The translations under genes were made by a program, and so were the position numbers. Below, one piece after another: positions 19,850 to 33,934 of a DNA stretch of 64,000 nucleotides. Within the stretch, counting starts at the first letter, position 1; each line of letters begins with the position of its first letter. The notes beneath the pieces are model-generated. The model had not been told where the DNA came from. It was given only the letters and a program-made list of their open reading frames with translations, and made no database searches. The stretch is taken from assembly GCA_002269645.1 (NCBI GenBank), contig NIVC01001258.1:75587-139586 (forward strand). The letters run 5' to 3'. The DNA is from Macrostomum lignano (lineage: Eukaryota).

Positions 19850-22800
19850 TTTTTCTTTCTTTCAAGGTAGGTATTGTCTATCAATACCATTGCTTTATTG
19901 ATAAATTTTACATGTATATAGGGACAACAAAGTGACTCCTTTGTACAAGAGCAAAAGAATACTAGCTAAAAAGTTCTACAATTTGAGATCACTTGTTAAG
20001 TTATATTGCATATTGCCTATAGAAATGGGGTACCTTTCATAAAAAACTATTGAGCCTATCCTTCTCAAGCCCCTCCTATATTGCTACATGTAAAACAGAC
20101 CTACAATCCTTTCTTGACAGAATAAAAACTATAAGTCCTATTTGGAAGAAGCAGTACTCAAGAGACTACCTTTTGAAACTAAACCTTAGGCCTCAAGAAA
20201 TATATAAAATAAATAATTCTATCAAAAAGATTCTTGAGCACCTAGGAATACTTAAGCAAAGTACACTTTGTACACTTACAGTAAGTAGCTAGAATATTGC
20301 TGGCTTAATCACTTTAAAGAATTCAGTAGCTATACCAAAACTGAGCCTCATAGAAGAAAACTTTTTAAACATGACATTTGTTGCTTACAAGAAACCTGGA
20401 TTATGGACACAATTAGGCAGAGTAAATTTTTAGAGTGTGAAGAAACTATTAAAAGACTACAGACTAGTGCTTTCATCAGCCTATAAACTACCAAACATCA
20501 CTGAAGGTAGACCTTCTGGTGGGCTAATCATTGCAAATAAAAAATCATTAGAAAGTTCTTTTTAAATAAATCAAATTGCAAATGAATGTAAAAACTTTCT
20601 TATACTATCATTTGAACACATTCTTGACAAATGAAAAAGTTTCATAATTATAAATACCTATATACAACAACCAATAGCATCCAAGTATTATAACAACAAT
20701 ATTTGGCACAAACTCGACACACTCCTAGATAGGCTCTGCAATAGAGAAAATGTTATCCTTATTAGAGACTTTTATGCACACACACATAATGACCAAAATA
20801 TACAAACTATTAATCATATAAAGAGTAGAAATATTGCTGACAAACGAGCTACAAGTAAAGATACAAAAATTGCAAAAATGGTCAAATTATCACAAATACC
20901 AAATATTTACACATAGTAAATGGAAGATCAATCTTTGACTCTGATGGAGATTACACTTTTAAAACAAATAAGGGACTATCAGTCATAGACCTATGTTTCA
21001 TCTCAAGTAACATGCTCCAACATTTTATGGATTTCAAGGTCAATGATAGCACAATATTTAGTGATCATAACCAAATTGTACTAACACTAACAAACATCTT
21101 CACAGTAGAAAAGAAGGTCAACAACATTCCTAAACAAAAGATAGGTAAAAAAATCCTTGTTTTTGAGAAAAATATGTGAACTAAATGATTATTGAAGACA
21201 AGAATTACATCAAAAACCCAAGATAACTCTGAAAAATAATTGAGCCTGGCACAGAGCAGTAGTAATATAAACAAAAGTTTCACACAAGAACTCATTATGT
21301 ATCTTAAATCTCTACAAAAATTGATCAAATACGAGTGCAAAGACTCAATCTCCAATACTATGCCTGATTGGCTTAAAGGCATCAGAAATGCCTTTAAACA
21401 TTCATGTAAGATATTAAATGTTTCCTACTGACGATAACCTCAAGGAGAAAAGAGAAAAAAAGAAGAATCTATGAGAGGCATATAAAAGCATGGAAACACA
21501 AACTAGTACTAACCAAAGAAAACAGAATCAATCAAGCTTTTCTAAGGAATGAACCAAATTTTATTAGAGCTCCTTTGGACACTCATTAAACCACCTGATT
21601 GCTCTCTAAATAAAACATTTATAAGCAGAGATTTTATGGATCATTTTAGAAAGCTCACTATAGAAAGCAATGTCAATATAAGGCTTATATATGATCTGTA
21701 CTTAGAGAAACCAGTAATAAAAAACCTGGACAGTTTCAATGCTCCCTTCACAACAGAAGAAGTTAAGAAGCATATAAAGAAACTAAAAACTGACAAACAG
21801 CTGGAAAAGATCAAATTTACACCGAGACATAATTTTTGAAGATCAATTGACAGATACTTTATGTTCACTATTCAACAAAATCATAGAACATAGAAAGTTC
21901 CTAATAGACTAGATAACAAATACTTTGCACCAAATATACAAAAACAAAGATAGCACAAGTGACCCAAACAATTACAGTTCTTTTTGAGATCTACATTAAC
22001 GATATAATAGAGTACTTAGAATTAACTTGCACTAGCAACCACCTGATCAAAGCATCATATCGGCACATTCTGCTCTTTGCTGACAATCAAGCAGTCTTAG
22101 CAAAAACCAAGATGGACTTACAAAGCATGTTTAGAAACATGGAGACTTACTGCAAACAAAACTACTAAAAAGTGAATGCTAGCAAAACAAAGTACATGCA
22201 GGTATGCTCAGGGAAGAGAAAAACAAAAGCAAAAAAGGAAGATAGACAGCTAAACACAGATCAGATAGTCTATGCTTAGCAAGAAATCGAAGAAATGCAT
22301 GAATTTAAGTACTTAGGAGTTATCTTTGAACCAGAAAATAGTTTCTAAAAATGTATTGCTTATCAAATCAAACAAGACTGCTCAGCTATGTTCTCATTAC
22401 TATACAAAGTTAAAGACACGTCCTCCCTAGACATTATGCTCATCAAACGGCTCTTTAACACCCTTGTTAAACCTGTTGTATCTTATGGATGTGAAATCTA
22501 GGGACCTCTGGCTACCCTATCTAAGCTAAAAGATATAGACTCAATCCAAACAAATTTCTACAAACACCTACTCAACCTACCAAAACATGTTAGTAACAGT
22601 ATGATTCTTGCAGAACTCAATATCTTACCTATCTTATACCATATTTTTAAAATGTACCTATATACTAGCTCAAGTTGGGGCACAAAAAACTCAACAATAC
22701 TACTATTGAAATTTTTGAGTCAAGCAGCAGTGTGAACAACCCTTGAAAAGCAAATGTCATAAAAAAACCACAAAGTATAAACCTGGAATACATGACCTCA

Positions 22801-23200
22801 ATGAACCCTAGCCAAAGTTTTAATGAGGATAAATCAATCCTAAAAAGAGAGCTAAAACAAAATTGGGAAAAAGAACTAGGGGTGAAATTGGAAGAACAAA
22901 GTCATTCAAAATATTTTAAGCATGCCCTTAAATACAAAATGACTCACAGACCCGAGTTGCAAACTTACTTCCCAGGTGTCTTTAGAAACAAAAAGTTTCT
23001 AACAACCACGTTAAAGTTAAAGTGTGAATTCTTACCTGGAAAATTTGTACAGGAATTGTGTAGGTTGTGTGGTAAAGAAACTGGAAATGACATACTACAC
23101 TATGTTGCTGAGTGTTCTAAATTGATTGAATAGTGTCTATAATTTACTACTCAAGTCTTTTGAACTGTTTGTCTTTTCTTTTGTTGTTAAAAAAAAAACA
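19850..23200 (+). mobile_element. Decayed non-LTR retrotransposon (LINE): APE endonuclease, RT and Cys-rich C-terminus, with many stops and frameshifts
   Basis: GRPSGGLII (APE), LFEIYINDI…ILLFADNQAVLAKT (RT), TLVKPVVSYGCEI, and the C-terminal CRLCGKETGNDILHYVAEC. Clade not determined. Confidence 0.85.
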
Positions 23201-26200
23201 AAAAAAACTTGTCTTGTTATTTATTGTTATTTTTATTTGCAATCATTTTAAAACTAGACTTTTAAAACTTTTTAAAACTTTTAAAACTAAACTAGACTAG
23301 ATCTTAGGACAAAAACTAATCTCAAATATATAGTTCTTACTGGCCAAACAAGCTATTTGTCTAAGCCAATTTATTACTACTACTACTACTTTTTTTAATT
23401 GAGAGTTGCAATCTTTTAAATTTATGTTTTCCAAACCAAATGATCCAGTGACCAGTGAATAGGCTATCTCTACTTTTCTCATGGTTAGATTTTCATAAGG
23501 ATTCTTTATAGCCTTATGTGTTTATGTGTTTGAATATTCTGGGACAAGTCAAAATGATCTGCACAAAAAGAAAATAATAAAATTAGTTTGATTTCTTTTC
23601 TTAAACATATTAGGGCCTAATCTTTTGACAAAAATTATTAATATGTCTACGAAATATAAATCTTAACAAAATAACTACAAGCTAAGCCTAATATTATGAA
23701 GTGCCTACTATCACTAAAATAACTATACTTATGAAATCTTTAATTTTTCATCAAAAATTAAGTATGTCAATCACAAAAGCAACTTGTTACCAAAATGACT
23801 ATTTGTCACTGAAATGTCTGTCACTGAAATGACTAGTAGCCTACCCAGCTAGAGAACTATTCTATTCTAATAATACCACAAAATCTAAATGGACCTTGTG
23901 CCTGCGCTTATACATTTAGAAGTCTATTAGTTATAGTTATAGGCATAGGTCTAACTCTAAGGCTAATAAAGAAGTTTACATTTATATGGTAAATGAATAT
24001 AGAAAAATATGTAAATATTATAAATTGTAGTAGGCCTAGCAGCCTAACAAATTTATAGCTAGGCCTAGAAGACTTCCAACTATATCTATATGGCATAACC
24101 ATAAACCCAGAGGGCAGAGGCCAGAGCCAACTAAGTTATTTTTACTTAGAGCTAGAGAGGCAAATTTCATTAGGCCTATAATATAACAATGACTAAAAAA
24201 ACAATAAAACAGTATTCAAATTAAATAACAAACTTAAATTAATGTTGAATGAAACTTTAACTTTAAAATTTTATTTAATATTTATTAAGACTAGGGCTAG
24301 GCCTAATACACACACACAAGGCATAGGCATAGACTATGCAGTATGCGATGCATGCCCTAGTAGTAGTAGTAGTAGTAAATTTGGCTCAGGCTTAAGGAGC
24401 CTGTTTTGCCAGTATAATCCGATGTATTTAGTATTTGTTCAAAATGTTAAATTTTTACACGAGTTACGATGCGAGTTACGGGCTAGGCCGCTAGGGGGTA
24501 GTTCTCAAATTAAGGTCATGATGTTTTGGTACAGAAAAAAAAGTTTTTGAATAAAGTAATTATTTTGCAAAAACGATTCTTTCGTCAATTTAATTAAAAA
24601 ACTGCCGTTAAAACCACAAGAAACCAAATATTTAAGACGAAATCTAGCAATTTGTTATTTTTCGCAACGGAAAATAAAACGACCAAAAATTGTGAAATAA
24701 TGCAAGTTTTCTTTTATTTTTTTATAAATTAGATACATCTTTTATTCTATGTTTACTATTTAATAAGTATTATTTCAATAGAAAATGTTATTTTTAAATC
24801 AACATTTTGTTTTTTTTGTATAAATTGCTTGTATTTAAAATTATCGCGTAACAAGAAACACCCGAAATAATTGATATTGTACCACTCAAGAATTTAATAT
24901 TGTACTTAAACACCGAAATATGATGCTTAAAATATACAAAACTGGTTTAGCTAAAAATTAGGCTTGCAAAATATGTCTTTTAAAGCATTAAAAGTTTTTT
25001 TGAATTAGAATATATATAGTAAACGAGCTAGGAAGCCATTTCTTTTAAAACCTAAAATGCATGTATCTTTTTTCGAACAGACTTGCGTTTTTTTTAAAAA
25101 TAATTCAGCAAGCATTTATATTCTGCAACATAGCTTTAATACTATTTTACTATTTTACTATACTATTTTCTTATGCTGCATAACTACTAAAAGAACAGCT
25201 TATAAATTTAAATTAAATACTTTGGTCTTGGTAAGTTAATTAGCCTATTACAGACGTCTGACTCGGCAGCCACATGGATCACTGCAATTGCTCTGGCGAA
25301 CCTCTGTAATCGATTCTGGCCCTGCACTAGCTGTCATGCTCGGTATACAATTCGTCTCATTTGATAAATTACGTCGATGCCTGCAGAACTAACCACATCC
25401 AAAGGACCACTGCACATCTTAGCATTGTGGCACATACAATGATGCTGGTGTTCTGGCAGAGAAACAGGTAAAAGTGCAGCAAATGGCATTACATATCCGT
25501 CCGAGAGGTGTGCAGTTTACAGTGCTTTAGCCAATTGGGTCAGTAGAATTAAATCGATCACATTAGAATAAAAGTAGATGTTCGCTGTACATGTAACAAA
25601 CCAATAGCAAGACACTATTGGATGTCTTTCCCTTTTACTGATGCTCGTACATCAGCTGGCTGTCTCCACAGGCCACAGCTCATCGCATTCTCTGTTAACC
25701 GCCGCTTCAGTGCTGTCAGCCGCACTTAACTGTGTCTGGCCTCGGTATATAGAGTCAGTCCCAATGGAAAATCATCATCTAAAACATATCTAAAGCGTAA
25801 TTGTCAATCGAAGAGTAATATAAAATATAGTATGTCTGTTATGGTACTGCCATGACTAATCTGTTAAACACTTCACAAATTCGTGTGGCAGCACTCTGTA
25901 GAGATTCCATCTTTCTGTACCATATTTAATATTACATTGCCAGCATCAATGGCAATTAAGTTTTTTCTTTTGTCTTTTTTCTTGTTAGTAGCTATATGCA
26001 TCCAAAGGTGGAAAGTATCAACTGAATGTTTAAGTTGCTACATATATATCTTTAATGAATTGCAGAACATATGAGAATGAATTTAATGTTTCAAAGAAAT
26101 TAATTTTTTGTGCTTCAGACAGCTAATTTCATAGATAATAAATCAGATGCAAAATTGTTTTTATACTATTTCTTGACTAATCAAATCATGCAACTTTTTT

Positions 26201-29200
26201 ATTATTCGTTACTCTTATTTTCTTTTCAGTTTCTACTACCTCTTGTTTTGACTCATTATGTTTACTTGTAACTTACAATACAAATTTTAAATCAGTTAAA
26301 AAAATTGTGTGAAAACAACAAAAAACGACTGTTTTTAAGAGAAAAATAGTCAATTTTATCTACATAAATGAAATTCTGTTTGTTCTGACTAACATATTGG
26401 GTGATTAATAGCAAAAATTCATCTAAATACGAGCGTACATAAAAAACATCCAAAAAACCTAACAATATGCTGAGAAATTTTTTTTTCATAACTAGAGACA
26501 AAAAAGTGGTACTTTTTCTCATCCCACAGATGAGGACTTTAAATTAAAATAACTTTGGTGCTACTTGCTTTGTTGTAGTCAGCGAAATCTCTCTTTGTTA
26601 GGTTAATTTTGTGCTATTGAAAAAAACTTAAAATTGAATTTATTTAACTTTTCTTTTTTAATATAGAATGAAACTGCCTTAATTGATACTTTAGTGTTAG
26701 ATATGACTATCTTTCTTAAAAAAACAGCAGAAAACGCAGCTATTAGCTTATTCTATCAACAGAACAAATTAATTAAAAGTGCATTTTTTAATCATTCATA
26801 ATGTTACGTTTCTAGCAAAAATCGAAATAGCAACATCTGCTTTGCAATCGAAAGAGTTAAATGGGTTCTAGGTTGTGTTAACCAAAGTTATAAATAAAAT
26901 TTATCAATTTTCTTCTTTAATAAGACCACGTGAACAGAATGTAGCTTCTCTAAAGTGGGTATTATAGCTCGTGCGATAATAAAAATATATATCGAAAAAT
27001 GAAATAGCGCACTCTGATGAGATTAACATCAAAAGTTCAATGTTAAAAAAGATTAAGACCCATGAGAGGCATATATTTTTTAAGTCCTTTTAGAGCTAAA
27101 ATAAGAAAAGATTCAATATTTCAGGCTGATTTTCAAAAATATTTGTTTCACTGCTTACGACTAAACTTTGAGAACGACCCTAGGCCCTATTTCAAAAATC
27201 ACATAGACCTAGCTGTCTTCTACTATATAAGAGTAAGTTTATTAAGTCTTAGAAATTACATTAGCTTTTAGCTTAAGGCGAAGCACTAAAACTGCATACG
27301 CGAATAAAATATAGCCATTCGGATTGAGTTGATGATTACATTAACAGAGTACATTATCCAGCGAGTATAAATTGGAATTGAAGGAGTGCTTCACATCCGA
27401 GGTTCTTGGGGTTAAAGAACTTAGTAAATTTTAATTATTTCACGTAATTTTTAACTTTTACATAAACCTAAACAGAAGCAACTAATTTCGGAAAACAATA
27501 AGTTAGCCTGCATAACATTAACAATAGTTATAACTGTGTTACAGAAATTGATTTGACGGTCAAGGACTTGATACAATTTTTTAAACGAAAACTTCGTCAC
27601 GTCTGCATCGTTTCTTAGAACGCAAGCCTTATTGGCCTAATTTTGCCTCTACTTTTATTTTGTTAGCTTAAATTAGTGCTCTTCCTTTTTATAGCTCTTA
27701 GTTTTGGGGGATTTTACTTCCATAGTTATTGGGCGGCTGGGTCGAATATACTCTACTGGTCGTAATTATAGATTTCTATTATCTGGACTGTTGTTCCATT
27801 ATTTCTGTTAAAGATAGGCCTAATTGCTCCTGACTCTGACTGGCATTTCTAATCGATTTAATTTTTTACTGACTTGTATTTCTTTTGATTATATTTTTAT
27901 AGACCTATTTGCAATTCGGCTATTTGTTTAGTGTAATATCCGAATTTCTTTATTATTTGTCATGATATTGATGGTATAATAAGAGGTGTCAAAATTTGAG
28001 ATTTTGTTTGAGACAATATTGAGACGTAAAATGGTTATAGGTCGGGAAATTCAAGACGAGATGAGATGAGGCACGAGGCAATTCTGAAAACCAATTTTTC
28101 GAATCTCAAATCAAATAATAGATTCATAGACAACCTAAGTAAAAGAATGTAGGGGCCTATACACAAGCGGCAATCTTTTACTTTACTGGGTTTAATTTTT
28201 TAAATGGTTCTTTTTAAATTTTAGAACATAAAAAAAGTAGGAAGATAAAAGGTACAGGAAGTTGCCAAACTCCTTTCTAGGAAAGAGCCGGCACCAGAGA
28301 TACTTGCTGAGATTGCTTTCACACAGAGCTTTGGAAGTGCCATGCATTGCCCGGAACTTTGCCTTGACATGGGCCCACGACCTCTCAATGGTGTTTGTGT
28401 GAATTGATGGGTCGTTAGGGTTGACAAAATGGAGTCAATGATTCACGACATCATGGTTCTGCAAGCTAGGCCTATTGTAGGCCTGGCATCCGTCAGTAAT
28501 AATCCGAGTGCCTAGAAGAACGTGCTGCTAGATGATTGGTAGCAGCGTAGCAGCATCGCGCCTCAGGCACAATTGTAGTGGGTGCAGAGGGCCTTCCAGC
28601 CATCAGTAAGTTGGCTGAAATGAGAAATGCTGGCAGACAAAATGACTGCACACCTATTAAATGAAATGACCTAAAATTCAAATTGTTCAACATTTGCTAG
28701 AACTTAACCATTTTGAAAATGGTAATGGCTAGAGTTCTAGCACTAGAACCCATTTTCTAATAGCTATAGATAGATCTAGCATTGGTATTCCACTAATTCT
28801 AGTAGTGCAGTTCAGTTTATGGGTATAATAGGGAGGCCTATAGCAGAAGCTTTTTACTTTTTTAATGGGTGGTTTATATTGAGATTTTGTTCAAGATAAG
28901 ACCAAAATGAAACAATGAGATTTAAAAGAAGATACTTCTAATGTTCAAAGATAACTAACAAAGATAACTGCCTGCCTACAAAAGACTGCAAGATCCATAG
29001 CCATTAGAAAATGGGTTCCAATATTGGAGCTCTAGCCATTGTCTTTGAAAATTGCCTTTAAAATAGACCTAATTGCTATAGACTTCAATATTTTTATACT
29101 TTAATACATACAAAAACAACTAATATTATATATAAATATAATAGAGAGCAAGAGAGAATGAGAAGAAAGGGAAAGAGAGAGAGGAGGGCGCCTCAAGCTT

Positions 29201-30841
29201 CCTATTGCATATTTAGTGTTGTAGCCAAAAATGTTTTTAGGTACTAACTAAACTAGTTTGTTAATGAAATAGACCATGGGCAAAACAGTCTAAAGGCAGT
29301 TTGTCTATAGGCCTAGCCAAAATGGTTTGGAAGCAAAGTGGCTAAAATTCTACTTTTTATTATATATAACATAATAAATAAAACATTGTCCTAGTTTCCT
29401 GCATTCAATTACTTTGACATAAATTTTGTATAAATGAACCAAGGCACATTTACTATAAGCACATTGTATACTTAAGACATTTGCAAGTCTAAACTGTGCA
29501 GGTTATAAAAATAGCATTAGTATAGTAATAATAGGTCATCTAATATAGGAGGTTTAAAGCACTTTTTATCTGGGTAGAGTTAGTACCAGAAGAACTTTTT
29601 AAGATAGAGTTAAAAGGATGTTACTAGTGCCATTTGTAGTATAAACTTTAGAGATAAACCTTATAGTAAACCTAATCAATAAATTTTCACTTTAATAAAA
29701 CTTTAGTAATGCTTTAAGAAACTTATTTTAGGTCTTTTTTCATTTAGTTTTTTATATTATTTACACTTTAAACTATAAAGTGTATAACAATGCATATTAA
29801 ACTTTTTTGAAAGATGAAAAATTTTGCATAAAAGAAAGTTATTAATGATGTAAAAATTAATTTAAATTGGTATAATATAAAAGATAAACTTGAATTTTCA
29901 TTACAATAAGCATCTATTATGATATAGACTATGGTATATACTAGGCCTATAAGATCTAGGCCTAAGTTGAAAAGGATTGTATTTATTTTATCAACTGTTA
30001 TTTTATTCATCTATCTACCAATTGAAGTAAATAGTCTTAGTAACTTTGTCAACTAGCTGATTATAAGATAAACAAAGTTAGTCACTGTTAACTATAAATC
30101 AAGCTAAATAGACTATCAACTTACTATCTCTCATCCTCTGTGATCAAGTAATAATTGTATAGACAACTGTATATAAGCAGTATTTAATCATCAAATTAAG
30201 AAAAAAATAGAATCTACTATCATAGCAAGCAAACAGATTGAATTTGATTAGAACTACCTAGAGGCTCTTCATATTGAACCAAAACCAATTTGTAAAGTAT
30301 AACTTTTTGTCTCCTAAACTAAAGGGATAGTAGTACTTTAAAATTGTTATTATTAAATGGCAATAGCCAAGAAGAAAGTGAAAAATTGTGCAAAGTGAGC
30401 CTGTTAAGGCAGTCAAACATTCAGTTAAATAGTTATACTGCTTTTTTTTCTTGGAAATCCAAACCGATTCTGGTTCTAGAATCGATTGCCATGAAGAGGC
30501 TCCTAGTTGTAAAAGCTGCAAGATATGTGTATGCAATTGCTTTTGAACAAAGGACACAGTGGAAATCTGTCTGTTTACAATTATTTTGGATTTAACTTTT
30601 GAATGATAAGAACTTGAGGATAGGCATATGCTATTAGACTGCTACTATGAGAATAGCATGGGGCCAGTCAGACAAAACTTGACTTCTGCTTGGCCATATA
30701 AACATATCCTTACAAAAAGGACTTGTTCAATATGCATTGGCAAAAGGAGGTTCTTAAGTTGAAATTTTGCAAACTTCTTAGTGAGCTAGACTTTGACCCT
30801 ATTGCAGCGCATGGCTTAAGTACGCCAGACGCCTACACAAC

Positions 30842-30968
30842 CTGCGCCACGCTGTGAAATGACTTACCTGTGAAAGAAACCTAAAGCAAAGTTAACACAG
30901 TTTTGGGTAAACGGCAGGAGTAACTATGACTGTCTTATCAAGCCTAAATGCCTCGGCATCTAATTAGT
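30842..30968 (+). pseudogene. Isolated, diverged fragment of cytoplasmic 28S rRNA (helix 68-71 region)
   Basis: 30905-30968 GGGTAAACGGCAGGAGTAACTATGACTGTCTTATCAAGCCTAAATGCCTCGGCATCTAATTAGT matches 57 of 65 aligned columns against the recalled eukaryotic consensus GGGTAAACGGCGGGAGTAACTATGACTCTCTTAAGGTAGCCAAATGCCTCGTCATCTAATTAGT. Weaker similarity extends back to ~30842. Confidence 0.8.
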
Positions 30969-31293
30969 ACTGCGCCGCGCCGTACTAATCGCCGCGCGCG
31001 TATGCGCCGCGCCGCGCCGTATTAGATCCGCGCCGGACGCCGTCCGCCAAAATGCCCATGCGCTGCAATCAGGGACTTTGATAGCACCCCCATTCACCTT
31101 CAAGTCCCTGAACTTTCACCACAATTGCATATTCATTTTGTGCATCATGTAAAATCGAGATTTTTATCTAATCCACATTGCTTTAGTATGTTACACAATT
31201 ATAAATGTACTCTACCATGATTCTTTCACTTCAGCCATTTGGGCTCCATCTCAGAAGCAAACTCAACAGCATAGCAGTCCTCAGCTAGACAAA

Positions 31294-31932
31294 ATGAATA
31301 TTTTCCGACTAGTTGGTGACATGTCCCATCTGGGCGCCATCATCTTGCTGTTATTGAAAATGTGGAAAAGTCGCTCAGTGTCCGGAATCTCTGGCAAGTC
31401 TCAGATGTGCTTCTGTCTGGTTTTCATCACTCGCTACCTGGATCTGTTCACCACATTTGTCAGCCTGTACAACACCCTGATGAAGGTGTTCTTTATCGGG
31501 TCCAGCGTCGCTACGCTCTATCTGATGTACTTCAAGTTCAAAGCAACCTACGACTCCAATCACGATTCGTTCCGCTTGGAATTCACCGTGATACCCTGCG
31601 CCCTGCTTGCCCTGATTGTTAATCACGAATTCTCTGTGCTGGAGATTCTCTGGACTTTCAGCATCTACCTAGAGTCTGTTGCTATCCTGCCGCAACTGTT
31701 CCTCATCACTAAAACTGGGGAAGCTGAGACGATCACTTCGCACTACCTGTTCGCCCTGGGCGCCTATCGTGGTCTGTACATTCTGAACTGGATCTACCGC
31801 TACTATGCCGAGAACTTCTTTGATCTTATCGCCATCGTGGCTGGCTGTGTCCAAACCTGCCTATACGGCGACTTCTTCTACCTGTACGTCACCAAAGTGC
31901 TCAAAGGCCGCAGCATCAGTTTGCCAGCCTAA
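31294..31932 (+). CDS. KDELR: ER lumen protein-retaining (KDEL) receptor, 212 aa, intronless
   Basis: [13 protein letters not shown]…GISGKSQ…RYLDLF…[14 protein letters not shown]…[13 protein letters not shown]…[16 protein letters not shown] acceptor at 31233-31234 upstream. Confidence 0.97.
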   Translation: MNIFRLVGDMSHLGAIILLLLKMWKSRSVSGISGKSQMCFCLVFITRYLDLFTTFVSLYNTLMKVFFIGSSVATLYLMYFKFKATYDSNHDSFRLEFTVIPCALLALIVNHEFSVLEILWTFSIYLESVAILPQLFLITKTGEAETITSHYLFALGAYRGLYILNWIYRYYAENFFDLIAIVAGCVQTCLYGDFFYLYVTKVLKGRSISLPA

Positions 31933-33391
31933 ATTATATATAAAGAACGAACACTGAAACCAATAATACCTAGTTTTGAAACTATATATTATCTTGATTG
32001 ATTAATTAATCAATTTATTGTGTACTAATTATAGGTGAGTAGGTTAATTCGCGAGAATAATAAGTTGTTGACTTTTAGAGTAAAAAAAATAAAATACATT
32101 TTTCAATTTTAATGTTCGCTGTACTACTCTAAGCAATAGACTGAAGCAATTCATTTTATTAACTATTTTGAAATGCACTCAAACAAAACTTTTTTGGTGC
32201 CAGAAGAATTTCTCATTGTGTTGCTGTTGTGTTCAAATTTAATAATAGAAATCTTTTGCTGAAAAAGCAATAAGCAAAAAAACAAGGATCTACCGCGCAT
32301 CGCCTTGCAAGCCTTTTGCCCCTAAATATTCGGTGATTCTTTTTTGTGTCCCATTGTCTGTTCTTGTTAGCACCATTTCACTACTGTAGAGTAGTAGTGA
32401 GTGAGATTCTTTGACTTACGGAAGTCAGTTGAAACTGGGCAATCATATTTATGAGATAGTTCTGTAGGCATTCACGGTCTGATTTAGAATCTATTTGAAG
32501 AATTGTTTTTTGAAATTTCTCTATGTCATGTCCTGTGTTTTATGTTTTTATTATTTACTATTGTTATTATTATATTGCTAATTTGGTGGTGACTTGGAGA
32601 TTCCCGCCGCATGCTTATCAGTGTTGAATGTGTTTTAATTGACTTTACTTTATCCCTTTCTGCTTCTGCCCCTTCTCTGCTTGGAACTGTTGAGCGCTTT
32701 TCTTGTTTTTTTGTCTTCTTCAAATTGTTAATCATTTTTAATAGTAATAATTCTTGTATTGAATTGTCTTCTTCGTCTGCTTTTGTGGCTGCTTTTTTAT
32801 TATAAAACTAGTTACATATTTATTTTCATTTAGGGTGGCGAGACCATTTAACATGCTTTCCTTTGTCTTTTCTTCTCTTGTTTGTTTGTTTTTTAAGCTC
32901 TGTGTCTGCGGTTTTGCACACAAGGATCACTAGGGCTGGGAGAAGCCTGTGCTAGCTGTGTAGCAAATTTATTAACATAGCGGGAAATTCTCTGCGATTC
33001 TGATTTGATTTTTTTAAAGATTTCCATGGGGAATTACTTGAAAATTCTCAATGGGAATTTCTATAATATTCTCATGGGCAATTTTTATAAGATTCTCATG
33101 GGGAATTCCTATAAAATCCTCATGGGGAATTCCTATAACATTTTAATGAAAAATTCCTCTATGATCCATATTCCCTACTGAAAGTGGAATATGAAAATAA
33201 GCCCCTAGTTTCACTGAATAATATTAGAATATTAGCTATATTTATTCATATTTGGCATAAGTATTTAAAGCGTTAAATTCTCTCTAACTTGTGAAGTGGT
33301 CCTTGAGGTTATAATGATATGAAAAATTAGTAAATTGACTTCATTATCACCTTCTTCATCGCTAGGTTCTGCTGTTCCTAACTCGGCTAGT

Positions 33392-33395
<4 letters not shown>

Positions 33396-33442
<47 letters not shown>
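33396..33442. repeat. (CT)n microsatellite
   Basis: Perfect CT run. Confidence 0.95.
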
Positions 33443-33445
<3 letters not shown>

Positions 33446-33934
33446 GTTCTTTGATTTGGCCATTTCTTTCCGTCTTGTGTGTGTCTAAAATCTGACAAAA
33501 TGTTTCTGGTTGTGTCTACCGGCATTATTTGATATTAAATTTAGTCATTATACTACTACTACTACTATATACACGCATTAGTTTGTGTTCCTAAAAGAAA
33601 TTGCATGCACTATTGTTTATTATAATAGTAATATAAATAAGCTTTATTGTTTGCCAGTATAGTGTAGTCCTATCTTTAAGACTGAAATTCTAGCTCCCCA
33701 CAGTGTTAGCCAGCTGTCTCTCTCAAGCCCTCGCAGTCACTCTCATTTGTCACTCGCTTTCTTCAAATTGTTTCAGCCAGCTCGGTAATAATTATTGCTC
33801 TACAATAAATAAACCTGTGGGGCGAATGCTGCAGAATAAAAATGCCGGTTTCACGCGACTTCTTGTTTGTGTTAGACTTACTTCACAACTGTATTGTGTA
33901 TTAATTGGTAAAGCTATGGTATAGCTATATTGCT

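Noticed and set aside
25250-25770. GC-richer island in the AT-rich block
   Set aside because: No convincing ORF, splice pair or RNA motif on either strand.
30540-30840. Group I intron or longer rRNA homology flanking the 28S fragment
   Set aside because: P/Q/R/S elements were not found, and short rRNA-like matches at ~30560 and ~30610 are in the wrong order.
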